Shown here piece after piece: positions 24,001 to 32,755 of a stretch of DNA of 64,000 bases. A model generated the notes under the pieces. It saw nothing but the letters and a program-made list of their open reading frames with translations, had not been told where the DNA came from and searched no databases. Location: assembly GCF_964204645.1 (NCBI RefSeq), contig NC_134032.1, positions 14,682,275 to 14,746,274 of the forward strand, written 5' to 3'. Within the stretch, counting starts at the first letter, position 1. Each line of letters starts with the position of its first letter. This DNA comes from Tubulanus polymorphus (Eukaryota; Animalia; Nemertea). The position numbers were made by a program, and so were the translations under genes.

Positions 24001-27000
24001 AGGTAGGGCTCGGCCTTGACCACGACTGTTGAGTCCAGTGCCAAAATATTTAACTGATACATGATAACATTTTCAGACACTTAGACGTATACATAGACCT
24101 GAAGCATATTGCACAGTAACATTGTATATTCAAATCTATGCTTATTTCAGTTCTATAAACTAACACCTTAAAACCAGTGTAAACTCATTTCGGTTCTATA
24201 ACCAATCTAACATCTTAAGACCAGTCTAAACTCATTTTGGTTCTATAACCAATCTAACAACTTTAGACCAGTCTAAACTCATTTTAGTTCTATAACCAAT
24301 CTAACAACAACTTAAGACCAGTCTAAGCTCATCTTGGTTCTATAACCAATCTAACAACTTAAGACCAGTCTAAACTCATTTTGGTTCTATAACCAATCTA
24401 ACAACAACTTAAGACCAGTCTAAGCTCATCTTGGTTCTATAACCAATCTAACAACTTAAGACCAGTCTAAACACATTTTAGTTCTATAACCAATCTAACA
24501 ACTTAAGACCAGTCTAAACACATTTTAGTTCTACAACCAATCTAACAACTTAAGACCAGTCTAAACTCGTTTTAGTTCTATAACCAATCTAACAACTTAA
24601 GACCAGTCTAAGCTCATTTTGGTTCTATAACCGATCTAACAACTTAAGACCAGTCTAAACTCATTTTGGTTCTACAGCCAATCTAACAACTTAAGACCAG
24701 TCTAAGCTAATTTTGGTTCTACAGCCAATCTAACAAGACCAGTCCTGTGATTCAAGAACAACTTAGGTTACTAATGCGCAACTGAATCGTGAGCCTATTA
24801 TGCGATTTCGACCTCGTGACACTTACGATTACATCCAAATGTTTGCCCGTGGATTCTTACTGAACTGATGAAACCATTTTTTGACGGGAGCGTATTGAAC
24901 ATCAAACCGGCTGAAATTAAAATATTTTAAAATGCGATTTAAAGAAAACTAGAGCCCGGGGTCAAAACTGAAACATGAGGACCCAGTTCCACAGTTGTGA
25001 GTTAAGATTTAACTCTCCGAGTTAAATGAACTAACTTTAACTCAGAGTTAACTCTAACTCACAACTGTGGAACTTGGCCGAGGATTCTTAATTACAGGTT
25101 ATCAAAATGATCTCTTTTAAATAAATATTTGAACGAGATATCATTATCAAACAGGGTCCCTATAGATCAGTCATTCCAGAATTCAAGGAGAAGATTTCAA
25201 ATTTCGAGGAGTGTATGTATCAGTTTCAAATCCCAATTAAAGTAAACTCCTCCTAAATCGGTACGATTTATCTCAGTAAACTGTTAATTCAGTCCTTAAT
25301 AAACTTAGTTTCTAATTCAGTTACCGCTTAAACCATTTAATTTAGTGGAATATGCTTGTATCAGGCCTATGACTGACTCAGAATCAGAGGTAGGGCTCAG
25401 CCTTGATCACGACTATTGAGTCCAGTGCCAAAATATTTCACTGATACATGATAACATTTTCATTTCTCTACTGACCAGGCCTAAAACCTTAAAACCTTAA
25501 AGTTGCCAATTTCTCAAAATTCAAGGAGTTTTCAAGGAATTTTGGGCATTTTGCTAAAATTTAAGGATATTCAAGGACCTTGAAAAACATTTTTGGTTTA
25601 GAAGTTTTCGACAAGGAGTCGAAGGGAACCTGAATATTTGAATGAGATATCGCTATCAATATAAAACTCACTGACGATTCCTTTTTTTTGCACGTAACAA
25701 TGAAGTAAAGACTTGAAATTTGTGTGTAGCTCATCCACGAGGAAATCGGGAACCGCTACGTTCCGTTGTATCGGTCGTTGATTGGTGATCGGTCGACCCC
25801 AGGTGGACGCCGACGGGCGTGGCTGCGGCGGCTGCTGCTGCTGGACCTGATTCGAATCTCCTGTTTGTGAAAGAAACGATAAAATCACTTAAGAAGGTAT
25901 TGAACAGTTTTAAACATTCTTATTTCATGAACATCATTCTTACAATTATAACATGAAAATCCTACATCAGAATGAAAAACTTGTCAAATTCTAAATTTGT
26001 TTTGATTTTTGTCACTGTTTTTATATTGCTCAATGTTTATATTCCTCATAATGTTGTTATAGCGCCAGGATTCCTGAAGGCGACTATGAGTTCGAAAGCC
26101 GAATAAACTAAATTAGCTGAACGAAACATTTCTGGTTCTTTTTACTCTTAGTGTACAGGGATTTTATATTATCTTTATACCAGGGACTCAGAGTGTTTCA
26201 TCAATGGTTATAATGAAGACAACATCAGTATTCCTGAAGATGACTATTAGGATATAGTCGAAACGTTGAATAAACTACACTAGCTCAAGGAATACAGTAT
26301 TCCTGAAGATGACTATTAGGATAAAGTCGAAACGTCGAATAAACTACACTAGCTCAAGGAATACAGTATTCCTGAAGATGACTATTAGGATATAGTCGAA
26401 ACGTCGAATAAACTACACTAGCTCAAGGAATACAGTATTCCTGAAGATGACTATTAGGATAAAGTCGAAACGTCGAATAAACTACACTAGCTCAAGGAAT
26501 ACAGTATTCCTGAAGATGACTATTAGGATATAGTCGAAACGTCGAATAAACTACACTTGCTCAAGGAATACAGTATTCCTGAAGATGACTATTAGGATAA
26601 AGTCGAAACGTCGAATAAACTACACTAGCTCAAGGAATACAGTATTCCTGAAGATGACTATTAGGATATAGTCGAAACGTTGAATAAACTACACTAGCTC
26701 AAGGAAAAATTTCAGACTCTCTTTATTCTTAGTCAGCAGGGATTATTCTATTTGAAGAGACACTTACGCCATTTGTTGTTCATATCATTTGGTGACTTTG
26801 AGCGGAATCTAGAAGGAGCTTCACCACTGCCGGCACCAGGCTGAGCGATTCTCTAAACGTTGAAGAACAAAAAGATGTAACATATGAAGAAATAAAGACA
26901 GAATCTTTTATCTTGAATACTTGAAAGATTTTCGGAATACTTTCATAAAAGGCAACAAGGATTCAGTGTCGTGACATGGGGCATTACAGTCCACTAGCTC

Positions 27001-30000
27001 CGTAGATGTGATCACTCTGTGACTGGGTGAACCAGTTTACAGAGAACCCACTAGCTCTGTAGATGTGATCACTCTGTGACTGGGTGAACCCCTTTACCGA
27101 GAACCCACCAGCTGCATAGATGTGATCACTGTGTGACTTGGTGAACCCCTTCATCGAGAACCCACCAGCTCCGTAGATGTGATCACTGTGACTGGGTGAA
27201 CCCCTTTACCGAGAACCCACCAGCTCCGTAGATGTGATCAATGTGTGACTTGGTGAACCCATTCACCGAGCACCTTTTCTGATGGATTCAATGAAACACT
27301 AATGAAAGTGCACAAGTTTTAATAAAACTGTACGATGCATGCATGAAACTCTATGTACATATTGAGCATGCATAAAACATAATCAACTAATCTTACTGAA
27401 TTTTGTTTATTTTCATTGAAAGCGTCGATAAGCGCTTTACTAACTAGAGACTGCGAGCTGATGGAGTTTGACCAATCAAAACTTCTTACTTTCGACATTA
27501 ACGGCTGCGGAGCTGCTGGTCCCCAGCGTGGATACACGGGTCCGTTATATACGGGTCTCGACGGGCTACTCATGAACGACGTATTTTGCCCGAATCTACT
27601 CATTTGAAACGATTTATTGCGGCTGCTGAAAATGAAGAAAATTATGCTCGTAAAACCTTTAATCAATTCGAGCGGTTTCATCGACTGAGTAAGACGAGTT
27701 TAAAGACGAGAAATTCTAGAGTTCCCGAAGATCCGTCATTCCTGGATGGAAGGAGTTTTAAAGGAGAAAATTTCAAATTTCGGGGAAGCATCAGCGCCAT
27801 TTTCATGTCGTAATTACTGTAGACTCCTCCTAGATCAGATCTGGTTTTATAAGAACATTTTATACACTATACATAACCCAACTGTTTCCGATTTGGTAAC
27901 TACTTTCCACTTAGAGATTTCATTACTGCATTGAATGTCTTGAAAGTTCCGAAGAGAAACTAAGCCCCATTTTGCTCATATCAAAGGGGTTTCAAACACC
28001 TTAAAAAGCATTTCGGAGTTTTTAAGAAATCAAGAAGTCGTTGGTAACCTGAAATTGTTGGTCATATTTACCCGTAATTCGAATAATTTCCGGACGTTTG
28101 TGGTTTTCGGTACGTGGTCTAAAATACAACGATCAGATAATTATAATTTAACTCAAACATCGCGAATTTAGAAACGGAATCTTTTTACCATTTTCTTGCG
28201 AGTGGGTTTCCGTTTTTTGCTTTTCTGATTCGAGATCAGTTTCGCAATGTGCGCCGTCTCTTCTGTAACCACGGCGAAACAGATCATCTCGCCATCTTTA
28301 TTCCTTAAAATCATACAAAAAATACAATTAAATACAATCAGACTTGTTTAAAGTCATTATTAGTATAAGTCTTTGTATAACTGAAGTCTTCTTCATTTTT
28401 GAGTCCCAATTTGTGTTTTCAATTCAATTTACTAAGTGTAAGTCATCATTTGGATAAGTCTCATATTACTGAAGTCATCTCAATTTTTGAGTCTCAATTT
28501 CTATTTCTAATTCAATTTACTAAGTGTAAGTCATCATTTGGATAAGTCGTCACATTACTGAAGTCATCTCAATTTTTGAGTCTCAATTTCTATTTCTAAT
28601 TCAATTTACTAAGTGTAAGTCATCATTTGGATAAGTCTCATATTACTGAAGTCATCTCAATTTTTGAGTCTCAATTTCTATTTCTAATTCAATTTACTAA
28701 GTGTAAGTCATCATTTGGATAAGTCGTCACATTACTGAAGTCATCTCAATTTTTGAGTCTCAATTTCTATTTCTAATTCAATTTACTAAGTGTAAGTCAT
28801 CATTTGGATAAGTCTCATATTACTGAAGTCATCTCTATTTTTGAGTACCAATTTCTATTTCTTAGGCCTATTCAATTTACTAAGTGTAAGTCATCATTTG
28901 GATAAGTCGTCACATTACTGAAGTCATCTCAATTTTTGAGTCCCAATTTATATTTGCAATTCAATTTACTAAGTGTAAGTCATCATTTGGATAAGTTGTC
29001 ACATTACTGAAGTCATCTCCAGTTTTGAGTCTCACTTCGTATTTCTAATTCAATTTACTAAGTGTAAGTCATCATTTGGATAAGTCGTCACATAACTGAA
29101 GTCATCCCTATTTTTTAGTCTGTTTTTTTTTATATCCAATTCAATTTACTTCGCGTAAGTTGTCACTCGGATAAGTCAACTGATAAGTCAACTGATAATC
29201 AACGTAAATAAAGATTGTGAGACATACTACGACTTATATCAGTTTCACCATGGCCGATATAGATATTAAAAAGTTTTCAAATCCTTGAAAGTCCATTGGA
29301 CTGATTTTCCGAACAAGAATATTTCATTAATCGATTTAACCGTATTGAAATGAATTATTTTTTAAGTTATGTTTGTCTTTCTTACCTGCTGAATCTGACA
29401 GTGTCTTTCACGGAATGGAGAAAGTCTTCTTGCGTGTTGAATCCAAATTGTTTATACGGAACTGAACTACCGTTGCATTGTCGGTACTCACCTAGAACAT
29501 AAATCAGTTATTACGATAAAAACATATATATAAATCAGTCCTGTATCCCGAGATGCAACGAGATGAACCCCTTCTGGTAGACGTAGGCGTGGCCGCCCCA
29601 AAACCATATCTTCAACTGGTCTTATCTGGGAACAGGCTCAACACACAGCTAACGACCGGTCCAAATGGAAGAAGTTTGTCATGGCTTTATGTCCCAGAAG
29701 GGATAAAGAGAATTAAGTAAGTAAGTATGATAAAAGTTGTTCGTCCAAAGCTTGGTTTCCAGTGGGTAGATTTGCTTGGTTCAAGTTAACCAGTGGATAG
29801 TTGACACCGGTAAGCCAATTTTCACCAGAGATATAGCCACTGGTCAACTCCAAACCTTTCTTTTCAGTACTGGGTAACTGCTGATTTCAATATCAGGGGC
29901 CAGTTGCACAGTTCGTGACTTAAGTCCAAAAGTGGTCTTAAATCTCAATACTGGTCTTAAGTTGTTAGATTGGCGATGGAACTAAGTTGGTCTCAGAACG

Positions 30001-30163
30001 GTCTTAAGTCTAAGCCATGACTGTGCAACCGAAGATAAAATTAATCATAGAAAGTTGACAAATTTCACAATTACTTACTATCTAATTTCCTAATCGGTAA
30101 ACCATCTTTAAAGGGCTGCAGTACAGCCCTCAGCAGCATCTTGACCAGGGTAAGGTCACCCAT
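27..30163 (-). CDS. TDRD7: Tudor domain-containing protein 7-like (LOTUS/Tudor germ-granule protein), 22 coding exons in window, 3' end beyond left edge
   Basis: Hand-spliced GT-AG exons with consistent phases: 30163-30079, 29491-29386, 28303-28189, 28118-28072, 27625-27490, 26852-26768, 25860-25672, 24910-24827, 23923-23849, 23770-23651, 23224-23148, 23065-22932, 22274-22190, 21919-21876, 21022-20911, 20648-20529, 20397-20251, 17457-17169, 16463-16363, 14906-14655, 933-706, 158-27 (921 codons). The N-terminus [96 protein letters not shown] closely resembles the vertebrate TDRD7 N-terminal extended LOTUS as I recall it. Tudor motifs: [36 protein letters not shown] and [14 protein letters not shown]|AVTCSLAGL. 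Confidence 0.9.
606..682 (+). mobile_element. Possible tRNA-derived SINE head
   Basis: A-box-like TGGTCTAGTGTGG and B-box GGTTCGAATCC, but no foldable cloverleaf; intronic. Confidence 0.4.
1300..1484 (+). mobile_element. Probable retroposon (SINE/LINE) 3' end with (CAAA)n tail
   Basis: GC-richer block ending in caacaaacaaacaaacaaacaa; left boundary approximate. Confidence 0.35.
1597..1832. mobile_element. Truncated piggyBac-like MITE abutting the stop codon of methyltransferase copy 1
   Basis: Homologous to the right part of 15847-16308 (gtgctgccatttttcaagag..tacaccgcagtgcgat..actgatttatacaccgcactgaaagg). Confidence 0.75.
1840..2586 (-). CDS. Intronless class I SAM-dependent methyltransferase, HemK/PrmC-like (MTS-type), array copy 1 (248 aa)
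   Basis: Motif I LEIGCGTG, motif II ATDIN, SDVY, motif [19 protein letters not shown]; AAAATG start context; lies in TDRD7 intron 934-14654. Confidence 0.9.
   Translation of the reverse strand: MTTSLDQKKLDKTNEIVADCRRLLGVNEKLISQDGGRHEFEFCGEKFVNFHDVYYMTGYESMALNLPQETVDGARMLEIGCGTGCVSVVYYLRNKSKLSYVLATDINRQALENTKVNFERYAVPGDVRYSDVYGNIREDEKFDLIFWHTPYLYEPVDRADELTMLDRSLIDRDYEAIGRFITGAHGHLRPGGRAVICFGSGLGFMEILAEIAKKANLKLEKIWHETVAYGGSLEEDIELWQVVQISAE
3000..3332. repeat. Degenerate tandem repeat (cctaggtcagctgaccaactgtgacatgtaatcctagccagccaatcaca-like)
   Basis: Repeated motif visible in the sequence; produces spurious ORF 3136-3459. Confidence 0.7.
3670..3976 (-). pseudogene. Internally deleted methyltransferase paralog
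   Basis: The paralog N-terminus (MLDQKK...[11 protein letters not shown]) is joined directly at ~3765 to C-terminal sequence (CTGAATGAAAAAGCAAATGAAGTGAAT..AAAATCTAGCACGAA, cf. copy 3 [18 protein letters not shown]). The SAM-binding core is missing and a TGG>TAG stop is present. Confidence 0.85.
4028..4762 (-). CDS. Intronless HemK/PrmC-like SAM methyltransferase, array copy 2 (244 aa)
   Basis: [34 protein letters not shown]; clear paralog of copy 1. Confidence 0.9.
   Translation of the reverse strand: MATSLDQNKLEKTNEMFTESRRLAEIYEKLIADDGGRHEFELCGEKFVNFRNVYYYPGFDSMVMNLPEQTVDGARLLEIGCGTGCVSVVHYLRNKSKLSYVLATDINRQALENTKVNFERYAVPGDVRYSDVFENIREDEKFDLIFWHTPCFYLPIEKAGDLTMLDRAMADPGYEALGRYITGAQTHLRPGGKAVFSFGSHIGFIEVLKEKALKVNRRLERIWHEVIFLGEILSGDVELWQVSV
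4982..5115. mobile_element. PIF/Harbinger-like MITE family A
   Basis: TIRs gggccggttcc / ggaactgggcc, CAG target-site duplication, internal cttaag-rich palindromes. Further copies at ~9656-9934 (doubled), ~29896-30031, ~33690-33820 and 36119-36245. Confidence 0.7.
5929..6699 (-). CDS. Intronless HemK/PrmC-like SAM methyltransferase, array copy 3 (256 aa, divergent C-terminus)
   Basis: [23 protein letters not shown]; several substitutions at positions invariant in the other five copies. Confidence 0.8.
   Translation of the reverse strand: MTTSLNQKTNEILTESRRLQEVNQKSVADGGGRYEFEFCGVKFVHLRDVYYHPGYNTGALNLPEQTVDGARMLEIGCGTGCMSVVHYLRNKSKLSYVLATDINRQALENTKVNFERYAVPGDVGYSDVFENICEDEKFDLIFCHTPYLYLSIDKAADLTMLDRALVNPAYEAIGHFVTGAHKHLRPGGRAVFSFGSGYGFIEVLNEKANEVNMKLEKIWHETLTYSEILCEDLELYALCRWGIKFVLSFSALVDVY
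6819..7195. mobile_element. MITE-like element with inverted termini
   Basis: gtctacactagc ... gctagtgtagac inverted termini with internal related motifs. Confidence 0.55.
7606..7933. mobile_element. MITE-like element with inverted termini
   Basis: catggtccccacag ... ctgtgggaaccatg. Confidence 0.55.
8107..8841 (-). CDS. Intronless HemK/PrmC-like SAM methyltransferase, array copy 4 (244 aa)
   Basis: [34 protein letters not shown]; short in-frame deletion in the AVFC..GFG loop. Confidence 0.9.
   Translation of the reverse strand: MTASANQEKLDVPELLTQGRQILELNEKLITENGGRHEFEFCGEKFVNFHNVFFMTGCDSLALNLPQETVDGARMLEIGCGTGCVSVVHYLRNNSKLSYVLATDINQQALENTKVNFERYAVPGDVRYSDVFENIREDEKFDLIFWHTPCVYMPIDKADCLTILDRSLADPGYKAISRYIMEARGHLRPGGRAVFCGFGIFEILNEKIKKENLKLEKIWHGMINYGSTVEEDVILWQVEPISAE
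9979..10728 (-). CDS. Intronless HemK/PrmC-like SAM methyltransferase, array copy 5 (249 aa)
   Basis: [34 protein letters not shown]. Confidence 0.9.
   Translation of the reverse strand: MADTFLDQEKLAKRTAMLEEGRELVENNQKLITEDGGRREFEFCGVKFVNFFDVFYLDGFDPIALNLPEQTVDGARMLEIGCGTGCMSVVHYLRNKLKLSYVLATDINRQALENTKVNFERYAVPGDVRYSDVFENIREDENFDLIFWHVPYTFVPREMADDLTMLDRSMADPGYEAIGRFITGAHGHLRPGGRVIMAYSAAYGMLEVLDDKAKKANLKLKKIWHELVKIGEMVEDLELWEILQISADE
10767..11183. repeat. 25 bp minisatellite (agacagacgttcagacagcagccgt) just upstream of methyltransferase copy 5
   Basis: ~16 tandem copies. Confidence 0.9.
12012..12755 (-). CDS. Intronless HemK/PrmC-like SAM methyltransferase, array copy 6 (247 aa)
   Basis: [34 protein letters not shown]. 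Confidence 0.9.
   Translation of the reverse strand: MATSSEQEKLAKADALLPEGRQMVELNEKLIADAGGRREFEFCGEKFVNFQNVFHFPGYDSVTLNLPEQTVEGARMLEIGCGTGCVSVVHYLRNKSKLSYVLATDINRQALENTKVNFERYAVPGDVRYSDVYENIREDEKFDLIFWCVPCLYVSADKSAELSVLDRSIADPGYEAVGRFIAEARGHLRPGGRAIFGFSCAIGVFEVLNEKAMKANLRLEKFWSEKVFIGSVDEDAELWNILTIGDQ
12939..13362. repeat. 30 bp minisatellite (ggatcgaggggcggatctacggtctgattc)
   Basis: ~14 tandem copies. Confidence 0.92.
13703..14532. repeat. 33 bp minisatellite (aaaggaggcgcacacaacccctgcaccctctgt)
   Basis: ~25 near-identical copies; open in four reading frames; intronic. Confidence 0.95.
14946..15235. repeat. 29 bp minisatellite (ttattaaccctttagactcgagatactgt)
   Basis: ~10 copies; each begins with a TTAA-CCCTTT piggyBac-terminus-like motif. 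Confidence 0.9.
15847..16308. mobile_element. piggyBac-like MITE
   Basis: TTAA|ccctttcagtgc ... gcactgaaaggg|TTAA; right end internally amplified; a copy in the opposite orientation lies at 37456-37728. Confidence 0.85.
17560..20212. repeat. 60 bp satellite, ~44 copies, filling a TDRD7 intron
   Basis: Unit cactctcaagtcaaaagatccgacttgagcggagtctactgtaccatccaactcagatat. Confidence 0.97.
20670..20872. repeat. Short tandem repeat (ggtcagttactgaaaggctatagtttgaataccacggtaca-like)
   Basis: ~5 imperfect copies between two TDRD7 exons. Confidence 0.8.
21050..21630. repeat. 45 bp minisatellite (gttggactagtagtcactgataagtagagcatgcagccaatctta)
   Basis: ~12 copies. Confidence 0.93.
22315..22822. repeat. 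39 bp GC-rich minisatellite with alternating variants
   Basis: gggctgggatcagcttcacggggcagggtcagtttcact alternating with ...gaagggtcagcgccaat. Confidence 0.9.
23410..23646. repeat. 21 bp minisatellite (aactgtggaacttgaatcccg)
   Basis: ~11 copies; resembles the terminus of MITE family B (aactgtggaactgggtcc). Confidence 0.85.
24145..24745. repeat. ~47 bp minisatellite derived from the interior of MITE family A
   Basis: Unit ttctataaccaatctaacaacttaagaccagtctaaactcattttgg matches the MITE interior agttctatagccaatctaacgacttaagacc at ~9850. Confidence 0.88.
24979..25081. mobile_element. MITE family B
   Basis: ggacccagttccacagttgtgagtta ... taactcacaactgtggaact inverted termini; related copies at ~20458, 35395-35597, 36700-37070 and 39170-39370. 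Confidence 0.7.
26226..26706 (+). ncRNA. Tandem array of seven minimal type I hammerhead ribozyme motifs (69 bp unit; Penelope/retrozyme-like)
   Basis: Each unit reads TATTC-CTGAAGA-T-GACTAT(taggat)ATAGTC-GAAA-C-GTC (or GTT)-GAATA. This gives the conserved CUGANGA and GAAA boxes, stem II, stem I (TATTC/GAATA), an NUH cleavage triplet and a loopless palindromic stem III (ACGT). Confidence 0.75.
26990..27272. repeat. ~57 bp tandem repeat (cccaccagctccgtagatgtgatcactctgtgactgggtgaacccctttaccgagaa)
   Basis: ~5 copies. Confidence 0.85.
28345..29180. repeat. ~88-90 bp tandem repeat (aattcaatttactaagtgtaagtcatcatttggataagtc...)
   Basis: ~9 copies; related degenerate copies at ~43700-43760 and ~44260-44510. 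Confidence 0.88.
29537..29727 (+). mobile_element. 5'-truncated RTE-type non-LTR retrotransposon 3' end
   Basis: Encodes [44 protein letters not shown] followed by a (TAAG)n tail, typical of RTE-clade ORF C-termini. Confidence 0.75.
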
Positions 30164-30757
30164 CGTTGCGCTGATCTGTTGTTGTCGGTAGTTTTGTCTA
30201 AAAAGTAAAGACCACACGATTTAATTTTCCAGCAGGGACAGACTCAGAATGAAAGCAGTTCTGAATAAGCCACTTGGTGGCATCTATGGTACAACTTGAT
30301 TGTAGGTAGGCCTAGTAGGTATAGGCCACTGCCCCGCGCGAGGACTCCCGAGCCTATATATCCGCAAAATAGCGTTTACTAATATAATGCCGCATTATTG
30401 GCAAAATATCCACTTCCTAGACCTAGAATCAAATGTCACAATTTGATGGCAACTTAAGATGGCACAGACTTTTAATATATAGAAGACGTGAAGTCCCTAC
30501 TACCGTTTCATAACTTTCACACGTGACAGAACCTCGGCAGCCTGACTATTAATGTAATGTGATGTGAGCCTGATGTCATCTGGAATCGCTGACTCGTCAA
30601 AATTGTCTTACCAAAAACAGATAATACGAAGGACTTCAGATAATGAAAGCGATTCATTGAAATTAGTACCTCGTAATCAAAAAAACCCACCAGTACAGAT
30701 TGAGCAATTCGAATGAGCCGCACGCGTCTGTTCTGCGCGTGCTTCATAAACCTTTAC

Positions 30758-32009
30758 CAGATTCCCGTAATAAAATGCGATAAGATTCTGTAGAAAGCGT
30801 TGATTGAACTGATTCTATCTACTGACCTGTGATTTGAATTAATATCCGGGGTTATTCCTTAATTTCAGGCTGATGTTTCTGTTTTAAGTCCGAAAGATCG
30901 TTCTTAATCCTGTGGAAATGTGAAGGGCGATTTTTTAATTCTTCGATTAGCCGCGAACAGCGCGTAGATTGTTCCGGCGCCACTGAGCAGCGACGACGCT
31001 TGGAAGCTTCGTTAAAAAAGCAAAACATGTTGCTGAATAGTTGACATGGCGATAGCGTAAGCTTCAACTTCTGAAGTAAAACTCTCATGAACCAATAAAT
31101 ATTGAATTTATCAAAAATGTTAAATACATGATAATTCAAAACAAATAAAGAAACATCCAATGGGTATCCATTAAGATAAAGATACTTTCAACGGATCGCC
31201 AGTACATTTGAAATTTAGTTCTGATCGCCAGACACTGCCCAGACCTCAAATGGGAAATCACCTCTGGAATAGAGGAAGTAGTGGATTCGTTTCGAAAACC
31301 TTTAAAAACAGTCACTAAGATATTTTTATTATCATGATATAACACAAATGTTTAAATAAACTTTATGTTTGAAAGAATCGATTACATAATCGAGTAAACT
31401 TGGTGATATTCCGATCAGGGTGCACCGGACGGATCGTGATTTAGTTTTGGTGATAGTTGCGGTATTCAGATGCTTCCCAGGCTTCCGAATTATATGCCGA
31501 ACTGTCGACGCAGTGAACTTTGGGCACAAGCTTCAAAATGCATCAAAACTTATTCAAATTGTATCGATATCACAACTATTGGTTTATTGAATCTTTAGAA
31601 AATGTGAATTTATCGGTTTTCAGGATTATAAAATTTTCTTTTTGTAAAAGATTTCTTCCCCAGTTTGAAATCCGGTTTGAGTTTTGTTCTAGTTTTCAAG
31701 CACCAGCCAGACTATCAATAAATACGAAATCCTTGTACGAATGGTCGAGATCATAATTTGAGTTTTAGAATTTCAAAACCTATAAAAAAGATGAATTTTT
31801 TCGTTAAAAAATATAAATTATAATTTTTGATGATATTCATTACGTTAACACTAATTTTTTTACTTTTTGTGGATAGAAATATGCTCTACGGACCGGGACC
31901 GAGTTTTAATTCTTTTTTCGACGAGCACGTCACGGAGCCCAAGAACCAAGTTCCACTCAGAGTGCCACGTTTTTTGCTTCGTGCAATTCCTAAAATTTCA
32001 CTAATTTCG
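30758..32009. promoter_or_regulatory. Putative divergent promoter region with non-coding first exons of TDRD7 (-) and MTHFSD (+)
   Basis: Donor GTAAAG on the minus strand near 30757 and CG|GTGAGT on the plus strand near 32009. Both start-codon exons have upstream acceptors (30197 and 33405), so non-coding first exons are required. Confidence 0.45.
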
Positions 32010-32207
32010 GTGAGTTAAATCTTCGCATAAATACGTTTTCCCGAAAGACGAATTAATTGTCTAACGTTGGAAACTATGGAAATGGCGTTAAGAGCGCTAG
32101 AAATGTAATTTATCAGGGGTTAAATTTGACTGCGTCGTTGTGTTCTGTTGCAGACTCGAGGGCCGGGAAAACATGTCCGACACTTCTTTCTTTCTCTCGT
32201 GTTATTA

Positions 32208-32755
32208 CTAATGTCTATTTATTAATGGATGAGACCTGTTTTTCTGGGATATTTTGCTTACTTTTTGGGGTACATACCTCATTTATGTCTTAACAGAATG
32301 CCAAAAATCGCGGACAACAACTGAATATCCGATATATTTCCAGTTCTGTACCAATTAGATGGATTGGCAAAAAGACTCCTTAAGTCCAATTGAATGAGAG
32401 AGAAAATCCTCCATTTTGTCAAATTTCTTGAATTTTTACATTGTCACCATGCCTACAAAATGAAGTTATTTTTCTTGTGGGGTCTCAACAACTAAATCAG
32501 GGTGGCGTAGGCATGGTAACAATGTTCAAATCCAAGAAATTTGACAAAATGGAGGATTTTCTCTCTCATTCAACTGGACTTAAGGAGTCTTTTTGCCAAT
32601 CCATCTAATTGGTACAGAACTGGAAATATATCGGATATTCAGTTGTTGTCCGCGATTTTTGGCATTCTGTTAAGACGTAAATGAGGTATGTACCCCAAAA
32701 AGTAAGCAAAATATCCCAGAAAAACAGGTCTCATCAATTAATAAATAGACATTAG
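32208..32755. repeat. 548 bp near-perfect palindrome (foldback element) in MTHFSD 5' intron
   Basis: Arm 32208-32456 is the reverse complement of 32507-32755 with few mismatches; 50 bp spacer. Confidence 0.92.

Noticed and set aside
28049-28071. 23 nt GT..AG micro-intron after TDRD7 exon 4
   Set aside because: Too short for normal splicing; the frame is satisfied by splicing to 27625 instead.
30852-31529. Three overlapping minus-strand ORFs upstream of TDRD7
   Set aside because: No recognisable domain or splice pattern; likely 5' UTR or promoter sequence, or an unrecognisable remnant.
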